From: Patescibacteria group bacterium
GTDB taxonomy: Bacteria; Patescibacteriota; Minisyncoccia; Phycocordibacterales; UBA2100
Length of the DNA stretch: 64,000 nt
Direction: 5' to 3'
Assembly: GCA_038064535.1 (NCBI GenBank)
Contig: JBBTSX010000009.1
Coordinates: 1,603-65,602 of the forward strand
Shown here: one piece after another, positions 27,253 to 36,317 of the stretch
Numbering within the stretch: position 1 is the stretch's first letter
Layout: every line of letters starts with the position of its first letter
Made by a program: the position numbers and the translations under genes
The notes under the pieces: model-generated
The model's input: only the letters and a program-made list of their open reading frames with translations
Told to the model about the DNA's origin: nothing
The model's database searches: none

Positions 27253-28460
27253 AAAAAATACTCATCTTTTCGCTTGCGTACTTCCCGAAGCATGTCGGTG
27301 GCGCAGAGGTGGCGATTCAGGAGAAAACGAAGCGCATGCCGGACATAGAATTCCACATGGTGACGAACCGGTTTGATTCGACGTTGCCGAAGGTGGAAAA
27401 AGTAGGCAACGTGCTCGTACACCGCATAGGCATCACAAAAAAGAATCCGCTCATGGGCGACTTGCGCAAATGGCCGCTTCATCTCAACAAGTTCCTCTTT
27501 CAATTTCTTGCCGCATGGAAAGCGATACAGTTGCATCGTCAATACAAGTATGACGCCATCTGGGCGATGATGGCGCACTCATGCGGCGTCCCGGCGGCGA
27601 TATTTAAACTTGCGAATCCGCGTGTTCCGTTTGTGCTTGAGCTACAAGAGGGTGACCCGCCGGCGCATATCGAGCGTACGATGCTTCCGCTCTGGCCGTT
27701 TTTCACCCGCGCATTTACAAAAGCCGATATCATATCGGTGATTTCGACATTCCTTGGTCGCTGGGCACGTGCGAGAGGATTCAAAGGTCCGGTGGTGCTC
27801 GTGCCGAATGCGGTGAACACCGCGCATTTCTCGATGCCGGTAGCGCCACGGCGTATACAGGAGATACAAGAGTCACTCGATAAAAACATGGGGGATGTGT
27901 TCGTCATCACGACATCACGTCTCGTCCACAAGAACGCGGTGGACGACATGATACGCGCGCTTGCGTTCCTGCCCGGAAACGTGCACTTCATCGTGCTGGG
28001 CACCGGACCCGACGAATCAATTCTGCGCAAGCTGGCGTCGAAACTCGGCGTGTCGGGGCGGGTCAGGTTTGTCGGGCAGGTGGGGCATGCCGACATGCCC
28101 GCGTACCTCAAAGCGTGCGACATCTTTATCCGCGCCAGCCGGTCCGAAGGCATGGGGAATTCGTTCGTGGAGGCGATGGCAGCCGAATTGCCGGTCATTG
28201 CGACGCAGGAGGGCGGCATCGCGGACTTCCTTTTTGACGAGAAACGCAATCCCGATAAGCCGATAACCGGTTGGGCTGTCGACGCTGATTCGCCGGAGCA
28301 GGTCGCGGGTGCGGTGAAAGAAATCATGTCCCGTCCCGAGAAAGTCAGGAGCGTCGTTGCGACGGCAAAATCGATGGTGATAGAAAAGTATGATTGGGAT
28401 TTGATTGCGCGCGACATGAAAGAAAAAGTGTTCGACCCGCTCTTCACAAAGAGGGGATAA
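27249..28460 (+). CDS. Glycosyltransferase family 4 (GT-B fold)
   Basis: GT4 N- and C-domains. The E-x7-E region is present as FVEAMAAELPVIAT. It overlaps the upstream gene by 4 nt (ATGA). Confidence 0.85.
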   Translation: MKKILIFSLAYFPKHVGGAEVAIQEKTKRMPDIEFHMVTNRFDSTLPKVEKVGNVLVHRIGITKKNPLMGDLRKWPLHLNKFLFQFLAAWKAIQLHRQYKYDAIWAMMAHSCGVPAAIFKLANPRVPFVLELQEGDPPAHIERTMLPLWPFFTRAFTKADIISVISTFLGRWARARGFKGPVVLVPNAVNTAHFSMPVAPRRIQEIQESLDKNMGDVFVITTSRLVHKNAVDDMIRALAFLPGNVHFIVLGTGPDESILRKLASKLGVSGRVRFVGQVGHADMPAYLKACDIFIRASRSEGMGNSFVEAMAAELPVIATQEGGIADFLFDEKRNPDKPITGWAVDADSPEQVAGAVKEIMSRPEKVRSVVATAKSMVIEKYDWDLIARDMKEKVFDPLFTKRG

Positions 28461-28517
28461 CCCGCTAGGTAAAGTCGCTCATTGGGTGTCTGATGTTTAC
28501 AGAGGAGGAACCAAAGA

Positions 28518-28730
28518 ATGTCCAAGCATGTTCCGGGTCCAGCCGCGCAGCTTATTGACTTCGGTTTTGCAGTGAAGCAGCCGCTGTGCCAGGCAGTCGA
28601 CTATGCACTTGGTCTTCAGCAATCAGCGCCCTGGTCTTTGACGGGGTTCCTGGATTTCTGCTATGAGGTGCGTCGCCCGGGCTTTGAGCTTCTGGACACG
28701 CTGTACGGGTTCAGCTCGGTTTCCGACTGA
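28518..28730 (+). CDS. Hypothetical 70-aa protein with canonical SD, inside the GT cluster
   Basis: GGAGGA at 28504-28509 lies 8 nt before the ATG. The gene is followed by an intrinsic terminator. No recognizable motif. Confidence 0.4.
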   Translation: MSKHVPGPAAQLIDFGFAVKQPLCQAVDYALGLQQSAPWSLTGFLDFCYEVRRPGFELLDTLYGFSSVSD

Positions 28731-28759
28731 GACGAGCTGCTAATTCGGTTGGAGGTAAC

Positions 28760-28790
28760 GGGACGCGCCGCTCGCGTCCTGTTTCTCTTT
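28760..28790 (+). terminator. Rho-independent terminator candidate
   Basis: GGGACGCG-ccgct-CGCGTCCT forms an 8-bp GC-rich stem, followed by GTTTCTCTTT. Confidence 0.6.
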
Positions 28791-28806
28791 GCTATACAGT
28801 ACTCGT

Positions 28807-29802
28807 ATGAAGATTGTCATCGCAACGGGCATCTATCCGCCTGATATCGGCGGTCCCGCCTATTACGCCAAGGGTCTCGAGGACGCATTGCGCGCGCTGG
28901 GGCACGGGGTGGAAACGGTGGTCTACGGCGACTTGCGCACATGGCCCATGGGGGCGAGTCATTTGATGTATCTATTCCGCATCTGGCCGCATCTGCGCGG
29001 CGCAGACGCCGTCATAGCGCTCGACACAGCGAGCGTCGCCGTTCCGGCGTGGTTCGCATCGCGCATTCGCGGCGTGCGGCTCATCGTACGCACCGGCGGT
29101 GACTTCGTGTGGGAGCACTACATTGAACGCACGGGAGATTTACTCCCGCTGGTACGTTTTTATAGCGAACACAAACCGCTATCCCTCAAAGAGCGTCTTA
29201 TCTACGCTCTCACGCGTCTCGTCGTCCGCCGCTCGGTACTGGTTTTCAGTACCGAAATGCAACGTGACGTCTGGCTCCGTCCGTACGGACTCAACAAGGA
29301 ACGCACGCACGTCGTCGGCAATGCGATTGATGCGCCGCTTGCCGCGACGGCGCCGGCGCAGAAGAATTTTCTCTGGTATGTGCGTCCCAACGCGATAAAG
29401 AACGGCGCGCATGTGCACTCGGCGTTCGCGAAGGCAAAAGAACGACACCCCGATATCGTGCTTGAGGAGGGCATGGTGCCGCAGGAAAAACTTTTGGAGC
29501 GCATGAAGGGCTGCTATGCGGTAATCCTGCCGTCGGTAACCGAAATCAGTCCCAACTACATTCTCGATGCGCTCAGGTTCAAAAAGCCGTTTATTTTGGA
29601 CAAATATTCCGGCTATGCGAAATGGCTCGCGCCCTACGGTCTTCTCGTCGACCCGCTCGACGAGGACGATATCGCCCGTGCGGTGGGAGAGCTTGCGGAC
29701 GAGAGCGGCTATGCAAAAGCCGTTGCAAAGGCGGCCGCGTTCTCGTTTACGCGCACGTACGAAGAAGTGGCGCGTGACTTTCTTGCGCTCATGAATGACT
29801 GA
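28807..29802 (+). CDS. Glycosyltransferase (GT4-like)
   Basis: MKIVIATGIYPPDIGGPAYYAKGL. TATACA at 28793-28798 lies 8 nt upstream of the ATG. The track TTG start is at 28789. Confidence 0.75.
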   Translation: MKIVIATGIYPPDIGGPAYYAKGLEDALRALGHGVETVVYGDLRTWPMGASHLMYLFRIWPHLRGADAVIALDTASVAVPAWFASRIRGVRLIVRTGGDFVWEHYIERTGDLLPLVRFYSEHKPLSLKERLIYALTRLVVRRSVLVFSTEMQRDVWLRPYGLNKERTHVVGNAIDAPLAATAPAQKNFLWYVRPNAIKNGAHVHSAFAKAKERHPDIVLEEGMVPQEKLLERMKGCYAVILPSVTEISPNYILDALRFKKPFILDKYSGYAKWLAPYGLLVDPLDEDDIARAVGELADESGYAKAVAKAAAFSFTRTYEEVARDFLALMND

Positions 29803-30853
29803 TATGCGCGTACTTTCTATCGGGACTGACAGGGCATTATTCGACGACGGGAGTGCGTCGCGAATACGACATGAGGCATATGCCAAACAGTTCGGTTCAC
29901 TCGACATCATTGTCTTTACAAGCGGAAACAAAACACATGTACGGGCGGGGGCGCTTTCTGTCACTCCCACGAATTCTGTCTCAAGGTTTCTCTACGGTTT
30001 CGACGCGTTGCGCATTGCACGAAAACTTCCCAAGCCGGATGTCGTGACGGTACAGGACCCGTTCGAGACGGGCCTTACCGGCTGGCTTATCGCGCGGCGA
30101 CTCAACGTGCCGCTCCATGTTCAGATTCATACGGATTTCTTTTCTCCCGAATTTGCGAAACTTTCATTCTTGAACCGGACACGCGTGTGGATTGCAGGAT
30201 TCGTGCTTCGGCGTGCTTCGCACATCCGCGTCGTATCGGAAAGAATCAAGAAATCGATTGAGGAAAAATATCATCTCAATGTATCAGTTTCCGTACTCCC
30301 GATTTTTGTTGATGTCGCGAAGTTCCGGAATGCTGAGCCGCTTACCGACTTTAGCGATGACCGGATAACGAACTCCGCCTATAAAATTTTGGTTGTTTCC
30401 CGGGACGCTCCGGAAAAGAACATTCGTCTGGCCGTTGAGGCGTTCAAAAAAGCAGCTCCGGACAATGCCTGTCTTATTCTTATCGGGGACATTGACGTCG
30501 ATAATTTGAGTAGTCGCGAGCGTATCTATGGCATGGGCAGAAGCGATCCGGAGCGATACTACAAGAGCGCTGACCTCGTTCTCGTTCCCTCGAAGTACGA
30601 AGGCTACGGACTCGTCATCATCGAGGCGCTCGCCGCGGGGAAACCGGTGCTCTCGACTGATGTCGGTATTGCGCGGGAAGCGGGTGCCATCGTGACGTCT
30701 CCCGGGGGGTTTGCGGACGCACTTTCGGAGTGGTTTAAAAACGGTCCACGGGAAGGCCACTTGGTCGGCTATCCATACGCGAACTTCGAAGAGTACGTGC
30801 AGAAGTACTGTGCCGACATCGCACGGTGCGTTACACCCGTTGCAGTGGCGTAG
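29795..30853 (+). CDS. Glycosyltransferase family 4
   Basis: C-domain KYEGYGLVIIEALAAGKPVLSTDVG. It overlaps the upstream gene by 8 nt. Confidence 0.8.
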   Translation: MTDMRVLSIGTDRALFDDGSASRIRHEAYAKQFGSLDIIVFTSGNKTHVRAGALSVTPTNSVSRFLYGFDALRIARKLPKPDVVTVQDPFETGLTGWLIARRLNVPLHVQIHTDFFSPEFAKLSFLNRTRVWIAGFVLRRASHIRVVSERIKKSIEEKYHLNVSVSVLPIFVDVAKFRNAEPLTDFSDDRITNSAYKILVVSRDAPEKNIRLAVEAFKKAAPDNACLILIGDIDVDNLSSRERIYGMGRSDPERYYKSADLVLVPSKYEGYGLVIIEALAAGKPVLSTDVGIAREAGAIVTSPGGFADALSEWFKNGPREGHLVGYPYANFEEYVQKYCADIARCVTPVAVA

Positions 30854-30936
30854 CGCACATCGCTCGGATACACATGGATGCCACCAAATCCTTAATCATT
30901 CGCCATGGTGACGGGATAAGGATATACCAAGATGGA

Positions 30937-31515
30937 CTACAAGAGGTTGAAGTGTTTTTTAATCCACGCATCATGTTCGATACTTTCAACGACCACATAC
31001 AATACGTCTTTCCCGATGCGCAGATCCGCTTTGATGAGCGCTATGAGTTCTTCGCAGTCATACGGATATACCCACACACTGTTTTGTAGTCGCAGGAAAC
31101 CATATTCGCGCATGAGTCTCCTCAATCGGTCACGTGTACTCCTCCGGTACTGAGGCACATCAAACATGACGAGCCGGTATCGCTTATCCCATCGCGGCGC
31201 GCGCCTGTGTCGGTGTAAGGCCTTTGCTGTTTCAAGTATGAGCGCGCGCCTACCTTTTTCTGTGATTGTGGCGTAGCGGATTCCGCCACGCTCGACGAAA
31301 CGCAGAAGACCCTTCTTGGCGAGTCGTCCCGAAGCCGTTCTTGCCCGATACCCGAGCTTGTATTTGTCGCCCATGATACGGGGGAGTACTCGAAAGATAT
31401 TCGGAGCGATCATGGTGACGGCGAGAATACCCGCGATGCCAACAGCTCCGAGTACGGCGCTTTGTATGTTCCGTTTCCTCCTGCGCATTCGCGCTTCCGA
31501 TTCTACCAGCCCCAT
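30937..31515 (-). CDS. PaaX-like transcriptional regulator (N-terminal wHTH-like region plus PaaX_C/Cas2-like C-terminal domain)
   Basis: C-domain DKRYRLVMFDVPQYRRSTRDRLRRLMREYGFLRLQNSVWVYP matches the W-DGRW...D(I/V)PE...LQ.SVW pattern. Paralog of 46977-47546. The track start at 31656 is an N-terminal over-extension; the homologous start MGLVESE is at 31515. Confidence 0.6.
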   Translation of the reverse strand: MGLVESEARMRRRKRNIQSAVLGAVGIAGILAVTMIAPNIFRVLPRIMGDKYKLGYRARTASGRLAKKGLLRFVERGGIRYATITEKGRRALILETAKALHRHRRAPRWDKRYRLVMFDVPQYRRSTRDRLRRLMREYGFLRLQNSVWVYPYDCEELIALIKADLRIGKDVLYVVVESIEHDAWIKKHFNLL

Positions 31516-31554
31516 ATCCCTAATGGTACACCATGGCGCAGAGATAGGGATATG
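31513..31554. promoter_or_regulatory. 10-bp inverted repeat CATATCCCTA-N22-TAGGGATATG at the PaaX-like start, in the divergent promoter region
   Basis: Perfect IR arms at 31513-31522 and 31545-31554. Confidence 0.35.
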
Positions 31555-31624
31555 GGCGGATGGGAGATGGTACGGAGCGTGTGTTCTTGCAGGAATCGGG
31601 AAAAGCGGCAATAATGCGCGCACC

Positions 31625-32542
31625 ATGGGACATAAAGCTGGGAACACGGCACTCATCGGATTCGTCGGTCAGGGATTTATCGGCAAGAGCTACGCCGATG
31701 ACTTGGAAAAACGCGGTTATGCGGTTGTGCGATATTCACTCGAAGAGCCGTACAGAGCAAATAAGCACAAGATAGCGGAGTGCGGCATTGTCTTTATCGC
31801 CGTGCCCACGCCGACGACGCCGAAAGGATTTGATTACTCGATCATCCGCGGTTCGCTCGGGCTCGTAAAGCCGGGAGCAAGTGTCGTAATCAAATCTACG
31901 TTACTGCCGGGGACGACCGTCGTACTGCAAAAAGCATTTCCGAAACTCTTCATTATGCATTCGCCGGAATTTCTCGTCGCGAGAAATGCACGCGCCGACG
32001 CGAGTAAGCCGTCCCGCAATATCATCGGTATTCCGAAAAAGTCGGCCTCCTATACCAAACGTGCGCGGGAGATTTTGAAAATTCTACCGAAGGCACCGTT
32101 TGCGCTGGTGTGTTCCTCCGAAGAGGCCGAGATCATCAAGTATGCCGGCAATGCGATGCTGTATCTCAAAGTGCTGTTCGCCAACATGCTCTACGACACG
32201 GCGCGCGGGGCGGGGGCTGATTACGAGGTTATACGGGCCGCCATCGGGGCAGACCCCCGCATTGGGCCGTCGCACCTGCAGGTCGTCCATGACAGCGGGC
32301 ACAAAGGCGCCAAGAAAGGCCGCGGTGCAGGCGGACTGTGCTTCATCAAGGATGTCGCAGCGTTCACAGATTTTTACAGCGCACTCACGGGTGACGAGTA
32401 CGGAGAGGCTTGGTTCAGGGCGGCAATGCGCATGAACGCGAATCTTCTGACGAGCACCGGTAAGGATCTCGACTTACTCCAAGGGGTGCACGGCAAATCG
32501 TTCGTGACGCGGTTTCGTAAGAAGAAACACACAAAAAGATGA
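31625..32542 (+). CDS. UDP-glucose/GDP-mannose dehydrogenase family protein (short form)
   Basis: N-terminal Rossmann ALIGFVGQGFIGKS, IAVPTP, KSTLLPGTT, catalytic Cys in GAGGLCFIKDV. The first in-frame start after the divergent PaaX-like start is ATG 31625. Confidence 0.75.
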   Translation: MGHKAGNTALIGFVGQGFIGKSYADDLEKRGYAVVRYSLEEPYRANKHKIAECGIVFIAVPTPTTPKGFDYSIIRGSLGLVKPGASVVIKSTLLPGTTVVLQKAFPKLFIMHSPEFLVARNARADASKPSRNIIGIPKKSASYTKRAREILKILPKAPFALVCSSEEAEIIKYAGNAMLYLKVLFANMLYDTARGAGADYEVIRAAIGADPRIGPSHLQVVHDSGHKGAKKGRGAGGLCFIKDVAAFTDFYSALTGDEYGEAWFRAAMRMNANLLTSTGKDLDLLQGVHGKSFVTRFRKKKHTKR

Positions 32543-32554
32543 TGTCACGATGTC

Positions 32555-33601
32555 ATGAGGCTTCTCATTGTCACGCAGACGGTCGACAAAAACAGCCAGG
32601 TGCTGGGTTTTTTCCACAGGTGGATCGGGGAGTTCGCAAAACAGTTCGAAAGCATCTCGGTCATTTGCCTTTTTGAAGGGGAACATTCATTGCCCGCGAA
32701 CGTGCGGGTATATTCACTCGGCAAGGAATCAATGTCGGGAAAAAGTATGATATATCATACTTTTTCCCGGCGGATCTCGTATGTGGTCCGTTTCTGGAAG
32801 CTCATCTGGCACCTGCGGCGTGAGTACGATTCCGTGCTTGTTCACATGAATCAGGAGTATGTATTGCTCGGCGTATTCCCGTGGAAACTCATGCGCAAAC
32901 GTATCTACCTGTGGCGCAATCACTACGCAGGCTCTCTGTTCACCCGTCTCGCCGTCGCGTTCTCGCACAAAGTCTTCTGCACGTCGAAGCATTCCTATAC
33001 CGCCCGTTTCAAAAAAACGGTGCTGATGCCCGTCGGCATTGATACCGATGTGTTCAACGAAGACCCGCAGATGCCGCGTGACGCGCGCTCTATTCTCTCG
33101 CTAGGCCGCATCGCACCGTCGAAGCACGTCGATGTTCTCATCGAAGCGCTGCACCTGCTTTCGCGCAGGACTTCCTTCACCGCGGACATATACGGAGATG
33201 CGCTCCCGCAGGACGCCGGATATCTGGAGAAACTGAAGTGCATGGTCGCCGACTACGGACTCGGGAAAAGCGTCATCTTTCACGGCGGCGTCGCAAATCA
33301 CGCGACGCCTGCCGTGTACCGGAGCCATCGTATATTCGTGAACACGTCACAGAGCGGCATGTACGACAAGACCATTTTCGAAGCGGCGGCCTGCGGCTGT
33401 ACCGTCCTCGCTTCGAGCCGTGATTTTGCGGAACTTTTTGGAGCCGGAGGTTATTTTGCGGAAGGAAATAGTGAGGAGTTGGCGCATAAACTTGAGGGGT
33501 ATCTCACGGCGGAGACTTCGGCGGGTGAGAGATACCGCGGCATCGTCTCGAGCCACAGCTTGCGGGAGCTCGGGAAAGCGCTCGCCGAAAGAATGATGTA
33601 A
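32555..33601 (+). CDS. Glycosyltransferase family 4
   Basis: MRLLIVTQ..., C-domain FEAAACGCTVLAS. Confidence 0.8.
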   Translation: MRLLIVTQTVDKNSQVLGFFHRWIGEFAKQFESISVICLFEGEHSLPANVRVYSLGKESMSGKSMIYHTFSRRISYVVRFWKLIWHLRREYDSVLVHMNQEYVLLGVFPWKLMRKRIYLWRNHYAGSLFTRLAVAFSHKVFCTSKHSYTARFKKTVLMPVGIDTDVFNEDPQMPRDARSILSLGRIAPSKHVDVLIEALHLLSRRTSFTADIYGDALPQDAGYLEKLKCMVADYGLGKSVIFHGGVANHATPAVYRSHRIFVNTSQSGMYDKTIFEAAACGCTVLASSRDFAELFGAGGYFAEGNSEELAHKLEGYLTAETSAGERYRGIVSSHSLRELGKALAERMM

Positions 33602-33628
33602 TCTGTCCGTAACCGGCAGCCACTATAT

Positions 33629-34261
33629 ATGACAATACTTCGCAAAGAAGAACACAGGGTGCTGAGAAGCATACGTTTATCCGGTTCCATATTGGATCTC
33701 GGCGGAGATAAACGTTCCGAGTACCAGAAGCTGTTTCCCGGCGAGTACTCCATCAAGACGGCAAATATGAGCGACGAGTCGGAGCCGGATATTCGATGCG
33801 ATCTTGAGAAGCCCCTGCCGGTCAAGGACGCGTCATTCGACGGCGTACTGCTCATCAATGTGCTTGAGCACATCTTCGAGTATCGCCGCTTGCTGGAAGA
33901 GAGTGCGCGCGTATTGAAACCGAATGGCAAAATTGTGGTGGTGGTTCCGTTTCTTTTCCCGTACCATCCGTCACCCAATGACTTTCACCGGTATACGTCA
34001 TCCGCGCTCGAGCGCGCGCTCGAGTCTGCAGGATTTTCTGACATCACCGTCGCGCCGCTCGGCTCCGGAGTTTTTGCCGTGCGGTGGGTCCTGATAGAGC
34101 GCCTCTTACCCGCTCCACTGAGGGCGCTTTCTGTGATTGCCGGCCCGTTCGTCGCTTTTTTCGACCGGGTGCTGGTACGGCTGGCGCGGGCACTCAACAA
34201 GAAATACAATGCGTCCGATTATGCGCTCGGGTATGTCGCAACCGCGACACGCAGGGTATGA
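33629..34261 (+). CDS. Class I SAM-dependent methyltransferase (Methyltransf_11-like)
   Basis: ILDLGGD, FDGVLLINVLEHI, LKPNGKIVVVVP. Confidence 0.75.
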   Translation: MTILRKEEHRVLRSIRLSGSILDLGGDKRSEYQKLFPGEYSIKTANMSDESEPDIRCDLEKPLPVKDASFDGVLLINVLEHIFEYRRLLEESARVLKPNGKIVVVVPFLFPYHPSPNDFHRYTSSALERALESAGFSDITVAPLGSGVFAVRWVLIERLLPAPLRALSVIAGPFVAFFDRVLVRLARALNKKYNASDYALGYVATATRRV

Positions 34262-35133
34262 ACCCTGCCGATACTGTGCCGGGCACCCCGGCACGAAGCG
34301 CCGTGAAGAATCACGCGGACAACAAGGTTCACTGTTCTGTCGGTATCCTTACCTATAATTCGGAGAAAACACTCCGGCGCGCACTGGAGAGTGTAAAAGA
34401 CTTTTCCGACATAATTATTTGCGACGGGGGCTCTACGGACGGGACGCTCGATATCGCCCGTGGATATAACGCTCACATAATTCCGCAGGACAGGGTATTC
34501 AAAGATGAACTGGGCCGCATCGCGGATTTTGCCGGTGTTCGCAATCAGACACTCGACGCCGCGAAAGAGAATTGGTTCCTTTTTATCGATTCGGACGAAT
34601 ACATATCAAAAGAATTGGAGGGAGAGATACGACGCATAATAGCGAAGCAGACTGAGGGCGCTTTCACGCTCTTCCGGAGATACGTGGCGGGTGAAGAAGA
34701 AGTCATGTGTGCCACCGCATACCCGAACAGGTCCATGCGATTTTTCGCGAGGTCGTCCGCAGATAGTTTCATTAAGAAAGTGCATGAACGCATACGACTG
34801 AAGCCGGGAGTTACCGCCGAGAATATGGGAGGCGTTCTCTACGTGCCGGTCGACCCAGCGGAGGGCATCAATGTTGTAAAGATGGATTACTACATCAGTC
34901 TCCAGATTGAGCAATTAAAGACAAGCAACAGCGGGTTTTATGGGACATTCTGGACCATTTTCTGGAGACACGCACGGGTGTCTCTTCTCTACCTGTTGCG
35001 CTTGGTCAGAATCAGGTTATTTTGTACCGGCAAAAAGATGCCCCTGACGCACGAGCTTGGGGCGCACGTCTACCACGCGCGGCTGATGATTGCCATGTGG
35101 CGTCGCCGTGTGGAGTTCGGGCAAAATCAGTGA
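34258..35133 (+). CDS. Glycosyltransferase family 2
   Basis: SVGILTYNSEKTLRRALESV, ICDGGSTDGT, FIDSDEY (DxD). ATGA overlap with the upstream gene; the track ORF starts earlier at 34084. Confidence 0.8.
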   Translation: MNPADTVPGTPARSAVKNHADNKVHCSVGILTYNSEKTLRRALESVKDFSDIIICDGGSTDGTLDIARGYNAHIIPQDRVFKDELGRIADFAGVRNQTLDAAKENWFLFIDSDEYISKELEGEIRRIIAKQTEGAFTLFRRYVAGEEEVMCATAYPNRSMRFFARSSADSFIKKVHERIRLKPGVTAENMGGVLYVPVDPAEGINVVKMDYYISLQIEQLKTSNSGFYGTFWTIFWRHARVSLLYLLRLVRIRLFCTGKKMPLTHELGAHVYHARLMIAMWRRRVEFGQNQ

Positions 35134-35253
35134 CATCGGCACGGATACACAATGATGTCACGCCCCATCGGTCCTGAAATGCCGGAAGTGTAGCCGCTTT
35201 TTCCGGGAGGCGCGTGATTTGGAATATTTCGTCCAAAATGTAATACTGCTCGC

Positions 35254-35556
35254 ATGGCAAGTCCGAAAATAATAATAACAGGGGGGCTCGGGTTCATTTT
35301 CTCCCACGTCACCGAGCATTTTGTTAAAAAAGGGTGGGAAGTAATCGTTGTAGATAATCAATCGGCCGGTAGCCACCCGGAAATTATTGACGATTCTTTT
35401 GAGTACCACAAAAGGAAAATCAATACCTTCCCGGAGAAGCGTCTTGGCATGGACATGAAATACCAGACGGATGCATCGCGTATTCGTGAAGAGCTCGGCT
35501 GGGAGCCCTTGTATTCATTTGACGAAGGATTGAAACAATATTTGCTCGAAGCTTAG
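35254..35556 (+). pseudogene. Internally deleted paralog of the dTDP-glucose 4,6-dehydratase-like gene at 37371-38378. It keeps the first ~50 and last ~30 codons, fused in frame as a 100-aa ORF.
   Basis: The 5' region is a near-identical duplicate (promoter plus start plus first ~95 nt of CDS), at 35214-35345 versus 37332-37462. The C-terminus MDMKYQTDASRIREELGWEPLYSFDEGLKQYL matches MDIKYQMDSTRIRELGWKPLYTFEESLREYL. Confidence 0.7.
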
Positions 35557-35599
35557 TGTTTGCCACCTCGTCTTCGCAGGCACAGTGTGGCCGGATGCA

Positions 35600-36265
35600 T
35601 CATTTCGCATGAGAAAGCTTCTCAATTTGCTCTAGCCATTTCAGCGCGAGCGTTTTTTGCTGGCTATCCGGCTTTGCCTCGATTGCTTTCCGCAGGGTGT
35701 TCTCAAATCTCCTCTGGAGCGGACCCGAGAGCCATCTCACGTCGTCGATATATGCTATCGTGCCGTCTTCTTTTTTAACAAAATTTTCCCCCATTTTATC
35801 CGTGTAAATTCCAACCCGTCTGAGCGTTTTCGCAAGTTTGCGCGCTTCTCGTGCATCGCCAAAAAACCTGAACGCTACGGAAATCGGTTTTCCATCGATT
35901 CGCTGATCCGAGACGGTAAAGGGTTCTGATGTTAACTTGTATCGATTGGGTATATTGTCCGGGAACAGAAAGTGCAGAATCTTTATCACGAAAAATTGCA
36001 TTTTCTGCGAAAGTTCGGTTGGATTTTCCACTACTCCTTCGAGTGCCCGGGGAAGCGGTTCAGGGAACGGCCGGTATACTTTTCTTACCCGTGACGTTTC
36101 GTGACCGGGTTCTTCATACACATCTTTTTGTATCCCAGTGCTGAGAGGCTTTTGTTCAGAGCGCATTCTTTCAACCTTTTGCTCGAACGGAGTTTTTTCT
36201 TTAGGCGGTTCATTCCGAACGGGCGGTTTCTCAAATGTCTTACCAAAGCGTCTGCTTTCTCTCAT
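35600..36265 (-). CDS. Hypothetical protein (221 aa)
   Basis: ORF with basic/acidic N-terminal low-complexity region. No recognizable motif. Confidence 0.4.
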   Translation of the reverse strand: MRESRRFGKTFEKPPVRNEPPKEKTPFEQKVERMRSEQKPLSTGIQKDVYEEPGHETSRVRKVYRPFPEPLPRALEGVVENPTELSQKMQFFVIKILHFLFPDNIPNRYKLTSEPFTVSDQRIDGKPISVAFRFFGDAREARKLAKTLRRVGIYTDKMGENFVKKEDGTIAYIDDVRWLSGPLQRRFENTLRKAIEAKPDSQQKTLALKWLEQIEKLSHAK

Positions 36266-36317
36266 ACGTGTCTTATTATCGCACGCGTATGCGCCCGTAG
36301 TGTGAAGCGGGCAATCC

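Noticed and set aside
27539-28525. 328-aa ORF on the minus strand
   Set aside because: It lies entirely antisense to the GT4 gene (27249-28460). Its composition is the Ser/Arg/Ala/Cys-rich pattern typical of shadow ORFs in GC-rich coding DNA.
31316-32542. 408-aa track ORF for the UDP-sugar dehydrogenase
   Set aside because: The first 103 residues overlap the divergent PaaX-like gene on the other strand and lack Rossmann features. The dehydrogenase fold starts right after Met at 31625.
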